Source of the DNA: Eledone cirrhosa
Taxonomy: Eukaryota
Assembly: GCA_964016885.1 (NCBI GenBank)
Contig: OZ024740.1
Coordinates: 102,362,001 to 102,426,000, forward strand
DNA: 64,000 bases
Reading direction: 5' to 3'
Below the pieces are notes generated by a model that searched no databases, was not told the origin of the DNA, and worked only from the letters and a program-made list of their open reading frames with translations. Both the position numbers and the translations under genes were made by a program. This document shows positions 37,966 through 52,442 of this stretch, piece after piece (the stretch's first letter is position 1; every line of letters starts with the position of its first letter).

Positions 37966-38548
37966 TATATCACTGAGGCCAAGCCTTTCCCTTGGACATT
38001 GGTGGTATGGAGAGGAGAGACTGGTATGCATGGGCGACTACTGGTCTTCCACAAAAACACCTTGCTACGTGTGACCGAAGTAGAGGGGGGGTATTTAATG
38101 TTTTATCCTATATATATATATCCTCTCTATATATACCCTTGCAAGCAGGGAAAAGCAGACGTAAAATGATGATGATTATACATATATATATATATATATA
38201 AATGTGGTTGGTGTTAGGAAGAGCATCCAGCTGTAGAAATCAAACCAGAATCAGTTCCCGTCCCACCCTTGCAAGCAGGGAAAAGCAGACGTAAAATGAA
38301 ATGATGATGATATATATATATATATATATATCCTCATATATATATATATATCCCAGCCCCACACTGTAAATGTGGTTGGTCTTAGGAAGGGCATCCAGCT
38401 GTAGAAAACCCGCCAGACAGTCCTATGCGAGCAAGACAACCACTCTTGCCTCAAGTGGGAAAACCCCCGTCCAAACCCATGCAAGCGTGGAACACGGACG
38501 CTAAACCTGATGATGATGATGATGATGATATATATGTATAGTATATCT

Positions 38549-38580
<32 letters not shown>

Positions 38581-38689
38581 GGGTAAATTTTACCAATATA
38601 TCATCTAAGATTCCTGGGGCTTTATTACTGCAGACATACACATGCAGATTGTTATATATATATATGTGTGTATATATTCCTACCAAAAA

Positions 38690-39460
38690 TAAGTTCAGAC
38701 TATGAAAACAAAATTTGGAATCAAAAGGTTTGAGAGTAAACTTAACCAAAACTATAGTACTAGTAAGTGGCCCAGCTCAAAATGTAGAAAAAGAGTAGGT
38801 ATAAACTCTATACAATATAAATCTTAGATACACAAGAGATGTAGTGGGACATCAGGTAGATTAACAGGAAGAGAAGACTTTGTATTTAGAAGATGAACTA
38901 GAGAAATCAGCAGGGAGAGCATCAGTAATATAAATGTTTTCCAATTACATGAAGGGCCCATAGGAGTGGTTAATAGCTTTTGCTACCTAGGTGACCTAAC
39001 TGGTCAGTGGAGGAGGGTGTTCCGAGAGCATAATAGCTAGAATAAGGATAGGATAAGAAGTTTAGAGAGTTACTCGCACTGTTGACAACAAAAGGTTTCT
39101 CCCTATGTACAAAAGGATAGCTGTATGATGTCTGTGTGCAAACTGTGATACTGCATGGTAATGAAACATGGGCAGTGACTGCAAAGGACATGCATGAACT
39201 GAGGGAAAAACTGAGTCTATGAGGAATCCAAAGGGTGTTTTGATATGGACATATGATATGCATGGATGCATAATTCTGGATGAAGAAGTGCCAGGAAATC
39301 CCAGTGGAAGGAAGCTGCAGTAGAGGTAAACCACCAAGGAAGACTTGGGCAAAGGAGATGACAAGGGAATGAGGCAAGTGGAGAGATACTACACCGGCAA
39401 GGACCGATCCAACCCATGCAAGCATGAAAAACAGATGTAAAAGCAAAGATGATGATGATA
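38690..39460 (+). mobile_element. Older RTE (PHD-type family) 3' fragment
   Basis: LESKGLRVNL, HKRCSG, SFCYLGD, KFRELL..LTTKGFS and HGNETWAV remnants plus a (GAT)n tail. Confidence 0.75.
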
Positions 39461-40364
39461 ATTCATATATTTATATATATATATATATATATTAGAAAAG
39501 AGTCGGAATGCTGACGGGTGAGCTCTGGTCATTCGACAGCTAGATCCAAATATATATATATATATATATACATTGTTTGACATGTATATCGAACCTTTAA
39601 TTATATATGTATTTTGTCCTCACCATGTAATTTCTCATAAGTTCTATTTTGTTTTCATCTTATAAAATACTCCAGGCCACTGTTTAACTATCTGTCAGAC
39701 ATTGTGACTTTGAATGGACCAGTAGTACTGTCAGTATGTTCAAAACTTTTAGTAGACAAAGACCTTGGAGTTCTTGTATCTATTGCTAACTTTGTTGTAT
39801 GTGTGTGTATGTGTGTGTCATAGCTTGAAAATCAAAATTGATTATCTTTATAGAAAAAATAATAATTTGTCCTTTAATTTTTACAACTTTGCTTCTGTGC
39901 TGCAAATATTCAATGTCAAATAGATTCTTTTAAGTTTGGTAACAATGCAGGGTTACTATTGTCTTGTTACACAGTCTGTATTTTGCTTTAATAGCTATGT
40001 TCTACTAATGAGGCTTAATAAAAAACGTATTCAGCCAATTACAAAAAAAATCAAAGATAATCAACTGTACTGTCCATCATGTGATATGTGTGTGTGTATG
40101 TGTAAATATCTATGTATATACTTTTAATGGGACACTTACCAAGGCACTACTTGAAACATCTTGATGCAAGTATTAATATATGTAAAGGATAGAGTAGAGA
40201 AGATTTAAAGAAATGATATTATAACTTGGACTTAACATCCAAGGACATACATAAATATATATATTGATATATATATGTGTGTGTATCTATCTCTCTATCT
40301 CTCTCTATCTCTCTCTCTATATATATATATGTGTATGTATGTATATATATATATATATACATAG

Positions 40365-40440
<76 letters not shown>

Positions 40441-43434
40441 GAGTGTATATGATGATGATAATATATAACAATATATGTATATATTGTTTATGGAATTTTT
40501 ATTAGTGATCTAGGTTATTCACATATATTCTGTGTTATCATGGATGATACGATTTACTAATAATGGAGCATTTTTTTTGTTATTATTTTCCTTGTTTTTT
40601 ATTTGGGTTTTTACAACTTGATGTTCTTCCTATTTTAAACCTCTCAACCAAACTAAATGAATAATTGGTATGTGTCATAACACACTTTGATCAGAAGCAT
40701 AATATAAACAATGTCATGTAGTAAAACTAGGTCTCCAGAATATATCAGTATTCCAGGAAGGGCACAATACATTTTTTCTCATATGTGTAGTTTGAATTTG
40801 TATTCAGACATTTTGAAAAAAATAATTTATTCTTTATCTAATCCTGGATTAGATTAATAATCCCAAACAAAATATAATTCAAGTGTGAAATGTAGAGCTC
40901 ATAGATAAACCTAAATCCTTAGACAAGAGTTTCCATTCTTGAATCAAAGATAAGAGTGTAGATTCAATCAGTTGAAACATCACAATTGGTAAAATGTAAA
41001 TATTCATTGGAAGAGATGTATGAATGCATGCAAGCTCGGATCATTAAATATATTGGTTGGTAGACTTAATACATTGCCTAATTTAACACCACACCTGACC
41101 TTTAGGTGTCCTTAGTAGAGTTCACTCTGTTGCAAGCATTCAGACCAGGTCTTTGGTCTGAGTATTACTTCACACTTTCCCCTAACACATAAAAACTTAC
41201 TCTTCATTCAATCTTAGATTTATGATGATTACAGGCGTGACTGTTTGATTAAGATGTTCACTTCAAAATTGTGGAGGTTTAGATTCAATCCTGATCCAGC
41301 AGTGAGAACACTAATGTGAACAGTTGGTACTAATGTTACTCCACTTTAATTTTTTTCATTCCAACACACCCCAAAACCACTTCTGGTTCTATGAAACAAA
41401 GCAACCGATTTTATAGGGTTTCTTTTTAAATTAAAACCTTTGAATACAATATTACTTTTGTTAAGTTATGTTACAAGTATCATCATGAAATAATTAATAA
41501 CTTTAGTAAGTTATTTCAAATTCTTCAATACTAATTTCAAATATACTGTTCAGTAAACAATCTATTTGAAATGTGGTAACAAAAGGGTTAACATGGTCTT
41601 CAGCTGGTATTTCAACTGCTTCATTGTTCTCTAATCAGGCTGTGACCATCGTGTAACTGGACACCAGTCAGGTATGCATATTAACTCTCAAACCCATCTC
41701 AGATGATACTTATACAGAGTGGATTCAATGCTGTTGGTATAAACAGTTTAACACAGAATGTCATTGCTTAAAGGTTTTGCTGGAGTGATGCAAGATTCTG
41801 AGTGAAAAGGCTTTAAGAGCATCTAAATATGGATGATTCTCATTGTATGTTGAGTATGGCTTTTCTTCATTTGTTGATTTAGATCATGTAGTGGATCAGT
41901 GGCTTAACTTAAATGAGTGAACTCATAGGAAGTTTGTACATTTTTACACCATCACACTAATTAATAAACATATACTTACAGTGTTGGTGATACACATGTA
42001 TACATAAAAAGCACACAATTACTTACATATATATATATATGTGTGTGTTTTTGTGTGTGTTTAACACATGCAGAAAGATTAACATGTATATATAAATTCA
42101 TAAAACTCTAAAAGCAGATATCTACATATTATGCATATATGTATTTATGCACACATATAAACTCAGCAAAATATTGTTTGTGTGTGTGAGAGAGAGGGTG
42201 AAAGAAAGAAAGTGTGTATGTATGTGTGTGTGTCTCTGTGTGAAAGATTAAAGGGAGATTGAAAGAGAAAAAATGAAACAGTCAATTCCCAAATTGTATT
42301 ATAGAATATTTCTGAATGTTTTTAAATGTTTTGCATTTGAGAACACTCAGCAGTCTGTCTTTCTTCCTTCTCTCACCATAACTCTACTGGAACATTTAGT
42401 CTTTCTTTTTATGACACCTCCCTATTTTCCCATACAGGACATCAGACTTGGAGTTTTTTTTACTTTTCTCTTTGGTTTATGGATTATTTTGGGATGTATT
42501 TGGATCTCTGTGCCAAATATTGTGCTGATTTGTTGAGAAATAACAACATAATTTCAAGACAGCAGACAAACATTCGCACTTAGTATATATACATACACAC
42601 ACAGAGATATTTCTATATTTGTGAGTGTATGTATTAGAAAATGTAAGATAAATTTCATGTAGGTATGACCATAGTTTTAAATTATAAATCTCTATGAAAA
42701 CATAAACAAAGTTTGTGGAACAAAGTCAAGATAATTGATATGGAACAGCACTGAAAGAACATTAAGCCTGAGGCTATTAACAATAAGGTTTAAAGCTCCT
42801 AATTTTTGTCACATTATTGTCCAATGGGACAATATTTTAGTCAGTGTAATCATAGGTTAAATGTTAAGTGTGCTAGCCTACCTACTCATTGTGAATTCAT
42901 TCTCAGAGTTGGTTTATGTTTCTAGTTTAAGCAGAATAAGCCAGCAGCATCCCAAGTAACAAACATGAGGAATCCGGGACATGGAAAATGGAATAAAATC
43001 AATCTATCCCTATGGTTTCAATGAAAGTTTCAGTTTGAAATTCTGAGAACATTAACAATTACAACAAATACCTGAGGAAAGCTTTATGGCACAATAGCTA
43101 AAATGTTGTGAAACCAAGATGAAGACACTGATCCAAATAAATTAGTTGATGACATCATTTTTTCATACTGGTGTGGGCTGGAGAAAATATTTTTGAGACA
43201 ATATTCTATGGCTTGATATGCTTCCTGAAACCAACCCATACTTTATTTTTAAGTATAGTACATTTACCATTGATTATTGTTGAATTACTAAACTGCAAGA
43301 CATATTGTTTGTGCAGAACATAAACAAATACCACAACTTGCATAAACAGTGTTGAGTATGCATATGCATATATATATATATATAATAGGCTTTTACAGTT
43401 TCCTCCTACCAAACTCATTCACAAGGCATTGGTT

Positions 43435-43975
43435 TGAAAATGTTATCTCAAATAGAAAATAACTGTTTTAACAAGAATCAACTACTATAAATAATAGCTG
43501 AATAAATCGAGTAAGATATTCCTAGAAATGGAAAAAAATATGGTCTGCAGGGTCTACAGAGAATCAAACTCTGTATATCTTGAATATTGGCCAAGTGTGT
43601 CTCTAGGGACATTTTACTTGATATCCTAAGCTATTATTTATAGTGATCAACTGTTGTTAGTTATTTTCAGCATTTGGGATTCCTATATTTTCAAATTTCA
43701 AATCACCCAAGCCCTTCAATAATTCATAAGATTTGTATACTTCTGGCTCTTAGCACCTTAAACATAATGGAATTTGTGGTCAGCTGCCTATTTGCATAAT
43801 GGTTAATGCATTCGATTGGTATTCAAGAGATACAGAGTTTGATTCTCCATAGCAGCTTCTGGCTACTTTTTTCTGTCTCTATGGGTATATTACCCAATTT
43901 CCTAAGCTATTATTTATAGCAATCGACTGTTGCAGTTATTTTCTGCATTCGGGACTCTCATATTTTCAAATTATA
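43435..43975. mobile_element. tRNA-headed repeat present as inverted plus tandem copies
   Basis: Minus copy 43435-43595, plus-strand tail 43598-43698 and a full plus copy 43783-43975, sharing agctattatttatag and cagagtttgattctc. Confidence 0.65.
43783..43856 (+). pseudogene. tRNA-like head (possible GGT/Thr-like anticodon), degenerate
   Basis: Acceptor gctgc/gcagc, A box tgcataatggtt, loop ttggtat, B box gagtttgattctc. Confidence 0.5.
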
Positions 43976-44106
43976 CATAAAAGAAAATAATGATTTGTAT
44001 TACAGCATATTCCTAACTCCTTACTAAACAGAAATGCTACACCATTTTTTTTATTGTTTTAAACCAAATTATTACTGCTTCTTTTTCTGCAACGTTTTTC
44101 TGCTAG

Positions 44107-44258
44107 GTGCTGACTCTTATACAGATTCTGATAGCACTATGGAGAAAAAGAAAGATGTGAAATCAGAATCACCAACACTGATGGGACAATGGCGCCAGGA
44201 CTACAACAAAGACCTTTACCGTTATTCAGATAACTTCGATGAAGTTTATAATTCCAAG
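44107..44258 (+). CDS. kirrel: Kirrel/Neph-like exon (cytoplasmic tail)
   Basis: Long polypyrimidine tract plus ctag; GADSYTDSDSTMEKKKDVKSESPTLMGQWRQDYNKDLYRYSDNFDEVYNSK; donor AAG/gtacgc; phase matches the TM exon. Confidence 0.8.
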
Positions 44259-44662
44259 GTACGCTTTTCTCAACATTACCACACCTATCTGGTATGACAC
44301 AGTTTTTGGGCAGCTTCTCTTTGAAACACATAACAAATAAACAAACAAAAAAAGAATCAATTCAAAACCACAGAAGCTTTTATACTAATCTTTTTAAATA
44401 TCAAAAACTAACAAGAAGTAGGCTGCATTTTTCTGGCTGTCGCTCTTAATGCTGCCCCTATTTTGATGATAGAAAAGGAAGAAAGCTCCCCCTGCATCCT
44501 CAACAAAACAATAATAATGAATAAATAAAAACTATTACTAAAAACATGCATGCATGCTTCATTGCATGTCCTGACGCTCTGGTGCATTGTATCTCTTCAT
44601 AAACTTATAAATGCTTGCATTTGTCTATATACACAAATAAACACACATACACACATGTATAC

Positions 44663-44730
<68 letters not shown>

Positions 44731-45534
44731 GTATGTATGTAAATATATTATATATGTATAAATAATGTAAATATTAAAAGAGAAAAAGAGAGAGAGAAAG
44801 AGGAAACAAAAAAAAATGAAGATACCCATTATTATCAAGTATTTGGTTTGGTTTGGTTTTTAACTGCTTCCAGTAAGGTCAAACATAAAATACTAACGCA
44901 TCTTAGTTCTCTAACAGTTTGGTTTAGTGATGTCAATATGAAATCAAAATATCCATGTAAAAATCTAAATACCTGCATGCAATAATTGCTATGTAATTAT
45001 TTAAAAAGAAAAGTGCAAAGGAACGAAAAAAAAAAAAAGGAAAATAAATACCACATGACAAGATAGTGAAATGAAAAAATGAAAGGAAAAAACTGGTTTG
45101 TCTAAATTCACCCCCTTTTTTATTGAAGGGAAGAATGTAGTTTTGTATGATTATTATTTTGCTTTTGATAATCTGGTTATTGTTATGTTGTCCCTGCATC
45201 CCATCCCTAAACGTTAAATGTTCTTTTGCTATGTGCAAGATGTAATAGGTTTTAAAACAGATTAAACTAAGAATGAATAAAGAACTGTCCCAAACGTATA
45301 TTTTTTTAAGCAGTAGTAAATTGTGCCAAGGTCTTGACCAATAACTAAAATGACAGCTTCATCTCATAAATATAGTAAATTACATATTTTTTAGAAACTG
45401 GATTTTTTTTTACAGACCTCTTTAATTTTTTATTAAAATACTTTCTTTTTTGTTTTACAATTATTTCACTTGTTTTGTACACGTCTTACTTTTTATAACA
45501 AATTCAGAATGTGTGTGTGTGTGTGTGTGTGTAA

Positions 45535-45928
<394 letters not shown>

Positions 45929-45970
45929 ACACATATATATATGTAATATATATATATATATACATGTATA

Positions 45971-46528
<558 letters not shown>

Positions 46529-47028
46529 TATATATATATACATACATGTGTATTTATTATATTACTAGCATTTCTCTCTGTTGCTACTCTGAGTTTGGCA
46601 GATTGCCAGTAATCAGATTAGTGGCAATCTGTATTCTCAGTAATATAATAAATATATAATATTCTCTAACTTGGTATTGAGCACTCCTTTACTCGTATTT
46701 GTTAACCCAAATGGATACTCATACATACATACACACACACACACACACATATATGTGTGTGTGTGTAAGTGAATATATATATATGTATATATGAATCAAA
46801 TGTATCCACTATAATTCAAAAAGACATACTCACACACATGCCCATATGTATATGTGTGTGTGTATGTGTGCATGTCCACCTCATGATGTGCATACATATA
46901 TAAGTATATATAAATACATGTATTATATATGTATATATTGTATATATATGTATATGTGTGTGTTTATATCTATCTATCTCTCTATATACAAGCGCATATA
47001 TATACATATATGCATATATATATTTATG

Positions 47029-47957
47029 TATGAGGTTGAATAATACTTTAAACTGGGAAAAAGTAATTATCTACTTTGTGTGGTTTAGTTGCTGATCCCT
47101 TTCAAAGTAGCTCCCCTTGTGCCTTCAGACAGTTATCTCAATGAAGCTTCCACTATTTAAAGCACACCTGGAATGCTTTTACCAGAATGTCTCTCAGCCC
47201 TGCTGTCGCAGTCCACATGATGTTCTCTCAGGTCTCAAAACAGGAGCTTTTCAGTTGCATGTGACCCTCAGAAGTCTAAATGAGCCATGACTAGAGAGTA
47301 GGGAGCCTAGCAAATGAATAAAATGTTTTTCTTTGTCAAGAAACCATGGATCAGCTGCAGTGAATGGGCCAAAATATTTTAATGATGTAGCTAGCCTGTT
47401 TTGTGAGATCCACAAATATGGCTGGTCTATTGCACTGAACTTTAAAGATGGAGGCAGTTGGTGCAGCATTCAACACTGCAGTGTCCCCAAAACACCAAAA
47501 AGGGTTAAGGGACCATGATGATGATAATGATGTATCATAAAAAATACAGGAAGACTTCCTGATAGTACTCCATTGCAACTGTTTGTCCTTCTGTGGCATA
47601 TTTTTGATCAAAACAATCAGCATCTCACATTGATTTTGCGCCACACCTGACATGCTTTTGGGGTTTTTTGGTATCATTGGATGCTTCCACTATGTTGACT
47701 GTGCTTTGGGTTCTGAATTGTATCCATATACTCACATTTCATTTCCAGTTCTCAAAGCATCCAGTAACTCAAAATCCTTGTTGGCAGTAACAGGTGAAAC
47801 AAAAATGCAATAAGCAATGACTGACGCATTCAGGTGACGTGCCAAAAACTATATATAGGTACATGTATGTAGCCCACCCTGCACAATTTTGTCTCACTAG
47901 AGTTATTATTTTCTCAAAGAAAAAAATTAATTTGGATATTTTTCAACAGATATTGTA
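47029..47957 (-). mobile_element. Decayed mariner transposon
   Basis: Minus strand TGNE..VYGYNSEPKAQS..WKHP (TGDETW/YDPETK-like) and C-terminal GSYFE; TA-flanked degenerate TIRs. Confidence 0.75.
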
Positions 47958-47967
47958 TATTATATTC

Positions 47968-48018
<51 letters not shown>

Positions 48019-48060
48019 ATAACTACGAATACCAAAATCCGAAGATGGCTCGATAAGGAT

Positions 48061-48116
<56 letters not shown>

Positions 48117-48154
48117 TATACATATATAAGTATATATAAACCCGTAGAGCAAAT

Positions 48155-48252
48155 ATTTATTTTTAGTACAGATTAAAGTTTAAGCAAAGGAGATCCCGTA
48201 ATAAGGTGAAAGGAGAAACTCTTTGCTTAAATTTTAATCTGTACAAATAAAT
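48155..48252. repeat. Small hairpin element (24-bp stem); partial relative at 4945-5010
   Basis: gtacagattaaagtttaagcaaag / ctttgcttaaattttaatctgtac, 1 mismatch. Confidence 0.7.
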
Positions 48253-48281
48253 GTATATATATATCTTATATATATATGTAT

Positions 48282-48325
<44 letters not shown>

Positions 48326-48425
48326 TATATGTATACACACACACTTATATATAAATATATATATATATATATACACGGTAACCCAGTTTCACATCCTGGT
48401 CATGGCAGCCTCCTATATATATATG

Positions 48426-48473
<48 letters not shown>

Positions 48474-49248
48474 CATATGCATATATATATATACATATGC
48501 ATATATCATCATCATCATTATTGCTGCTTTACATTTATTTTTCACATTTGCATTCATTAGATAAGTTGTCCCACTCAGAGGTTAGACAGTCAAGTCAAAT
48601 GACTATCTTGCCCATATGTTCTGTTTTGGCATGGTTTCTACAGCTGGATACCCTTTCTATTGTTAACCACTGTACGGCATCTACTGGGTTCATTTTCGCA
48701 TGCCACCATGTATATAAATTCATACGCACACCTGCAAACATATATGTTTATATGCATACACACACACACTATCTAGTATTGGTGCCATGATAAAATGCAT
48801 CCAATACACCCAGTAAAGTGATTGGGACCAGGAAGTTGCTTTAAAATGAAAATTGCAAGTGAGACATGGTCCTTCATCTTATCGTGCAGGGTAGTAACTA
48901 CAAATAGAAGCAAACTCAGGCTGAAATTACCTGTACAACCAATGCCAGCATGGAAAATAGTTGTAAAATGATGAAGATAATGATGATGATATATACAAAC
49001 AGACACAAATAATATAATTCATATATACTTATATTTTTATTAATATAAATTTATGTACAAGATATATATTATTTGTATATGTGTATATAAATATGAATAT
49101 ATAAATATACAAATGTTTATATGTGTACAAGTATATTTATACATATATATATATGTGCATATCAACATAAAAAGATTATGATATATATATATATATTATT
49201 CAAAATATTAACAAATGAAAGATATTCACATAATCAAAATATATGCTT

Positions 49249-49301
<53 letters not shown>

Positions 49302-49303
<2 letters not shown>

Positions 49304-49568
49304 TGTGTTGTTTCCTTGAGCAAGACACTTTATTTCACATTGCTCCAGTTTACTCAGCTGTAGAAATGAGATGATAGGGACCCCAGTCCCTATCATTCCA
49401 CTGCAAAGTGGTCGTGTAGGTGCCACGGCAAAAAAGCACCCAGCACTCACTGTAAATGAGGTTGGTGTTAGGAAGGGCATCCAGCTGTAGAAATCAAGCC
49501 AGAATCAGTTCCTGTCCCACCCTTGCAAGCAGGGAAAAGCGGACTTAAAATGAAATGATGAATGATGA

Positions 49569-49571
<3 letters not shown>
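49302..49571 (+). mobile_element. 5'-truncated CORE-like SINE with RTE tail
   Basis: Closely matches the reverse complement of 16832-17090. Confidence 0.85.
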
Positions 49572-49604
<33 letters not shown>

Positions 49605-51194
49605 CCCATGGTAGCATGGAAGAACGGACGTAAAACGGTGATGATGATGATGATGATGGTATATGCTAGTGTGGAAGACAGATGCAAGTCATGATCTTAG
49701 GACCAAAAGGATGATAGTCCAATACTTTATCTGGTTCAAGACCTTATGCAAGCTGAATCAATTACAAGATAGAAATTATAGTATGATAGTAACTTGATAA
49801 TGTAAAACCCAATTTCTTGTGTCCACTTCAAGTGGATACTACAGTAGCTTAAATTTCACAAACAACATGAAGGAATTACATCATAGGAAATATTCAGAAT
49901 TGAAAAACAATTAGAAAAGCCCATATATTGGTAATGTGCAATGCCATAAATAATTACCACTTGATGTCTTTTCAGTAGCACAAAGTTGTCAGATTGTAGT
50001 AAATACACCATTGTATATAGTTAAAATTAGTGTACAACAGACATAAAGAGTACATAACTCAAGTACTGCTGAGACCAATGTAATCTTTCTTTCAACAAAT
50101 TAAAATGCAGTGGATTGGCAAAGACAAAATGTCATGAAATATTTATTTCTAACATTTGCATCAAATCCCACTGAGATCAACTTTGCCTTTTAGATAAGTT
50201 GTCCCACTCAGAGGCTAGACAGTCAAGTCAAATGACTGTCTTGCCCATATGTTCTGGCAACTAAAGTACTAGTCCAGTGTTGGATGACATGTCTTGTGGT
50301 AGCTGTTGTGTTTCATTCTGTTCTCAATCCAAAAACCAGCAGTGATTAGGTGATAGACTTAATTAGTTGCCAGATTCAATAACACCGCTTGGTCCTTGTG
50401 TAGCTTTAGTGGAGGCCACTCTGTTGTAAGCATTTGAAGGAAATCTCCAGTTTGGAGGTCCTGAAAAAGGTCATGGTGGGCACATAAAAGAAATTAATTT
50501 AAGTATGTAATAACACAAATCTAACTTAATGTTTATTAATATATATAGATATATATATATCATCATCATCGTTGTTTAGCGTCTGCTTTTAGGTTGGATG
50601 GGTCTACATAACCTATGTCAGTACTGAAGCAGGGCTACTGACCTCCCAGACAATCCTGGGATCTGCATCTCACCTATGTATGATCTCATATTCTACCTAA
50701 TGCATGGAAAGGTTGTCATATTTTTGACAAAACTGAAGGGTCCTCCTAACCCTGTTTTTGACAAGCTTTCTATGGCTGGTTGCCCTTCTTATCACCAACC
50801 ACTTTACAGTTTGTACTAGGTGCATTTATCATGTAGATCACCAACACTAGGGCGGCTGTCCTGTCATTGAAACAACTGGAAGGTCCTCCCAATATATAAT
50901 ATACAATGGTTTCTGATATAGGCACAAGGCCAGCAATTTTTGGTGGGAGAGGAAAGTTGATCAAATCGACACCAGTGCATGCGTGACTGGTACTTTATTT
51001 TATCGACCCCATGAGGATGAAAGGCAAAGCTAACCTTGGTGGGATTTGAAATCAGTGCATAAAAGCCATAATGTCTGATGCTCTTCCAATTAATAATAAT
51101 AATAATTGTTTCTACGTTAGGCACAAGGCCAGCAATTACCCAGTGTATTACTGGTAATGACAAACACAGAGATATAAAAACAATTAGTGTTATT

Positions 51195-51380
51195 GAATTG
51201 GCAGTATCAGTAGAGGGTCGGACGCCATGCTTTCCAGCATAGTTACGTCCCTTTACGATCTGAGTTCAAATCCCACCGAGGTTGACTTTGCCTTTCATCC
51301 TTACAGGGTCGATAAAATAAAGTACCAGTAATCCACTGGGTAATTGCTGGCCTTGTGCCTAAAGTAGAAACAGTTATTAT
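51195..51380 (+). mobile_element. Meta-domain-like SINE (further partial minus copies at 50905-51157)
   Basis: Same consensus as 13783. Confidence 0.85.
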
Positions 51381-52261
51381 TCATGCTTTGAATGACAGAG
51401 AGAAAAGTTCAACATAGTCCATCATCAAGAGGGTAAAAGTAGATAGATTAGAAAATAAAAAACGGAGACATGTGAAGATGTGTGTTATTTTAAATTTGTT
51501 GTGTGTATTACCGTATATATTGATGGAAAAGTATATACATTGTTTGTGGTGATGTCTAAGTGTATCTGGCTGTATTAAAATTGTATATGTGTATGTGTCA
51601 AATATAAAAGAAATTAATGACAAATATGGATCTGTTCATTGTGTATCCGTTCATTAAAGAAAATAAACTCAGCTTCAAGTTTGTCAGCTGAAGTTGAAAT
51701 AAACAAAAGAATTGTTAAAGTTGTCATAGCAACTGTGCTATACAACATAAAGTGAGAAATGCATGTGTGTATATATGTTGATGTCTGTGTGTCTGTGTTT
51801 TCATTTCTGCATGTTAAAGTTTTTTTGTTGTATGTGTAAGGTATCTAAGTGTGTGTGAGTGTTTCCATGTGGGTGCATAGACAAGAGAGGGTACTGGATG
51901 CGGTGGGAAGAGCAAATTAGAGGAAAATGGGAGGTGCATAAAGGCCATAAGGAGTAGAAATATATTTTGAGAGAGTCATGTTGGCAATAAAAACACATGC
52001 ACAAGTTAAGTTTCACTTCAGCTATATTATAAGCTAGGTAACTAATCCATTCCTTGTTTAATTTAATAACCAGATGATTGTTTAATGGTCATATTTAATT
52101 GTCAAAGCTCTCTCGGCACACACTCTGTAACCTTCTCAATGACTATTCTTGCTCTTCTGTGTCTCCACTTTGCTCTGATCTTGTTCTATTTACTCCATCT
52201 TGAAAAGATGGAATAAAGAGAATATATATATATATATATATATATATATTTCTGCAAATAA

Positions 52262-52332
52262 CACCTGATGAAATCACCTAGTCTTGCATAATAATCAGAT
52301 GATAGAGCTGGGCCATCGAAATATGTATAGTG
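52262..52332 (+). ncRNA. Degenerate type I hammerhead in a PLE-like fragment between (TA)n tracts
   Basis: cac CTGATGA ...cctagtct[loop]agagctggg...atc GAA ATATGTAT A gtg; stem III equals ATACGTAT after one CpG decay. Confidence 0.55.
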
Positions 52333-52404
52333 CTTTTCCTGGAATTATAATGTTAAAGTAAATTTTTCAGTCTGGCCTTCTGTTGTTGTTTTAATTAATG
52401 TGAG

Positions 52405-52442
<38 letters not shown>

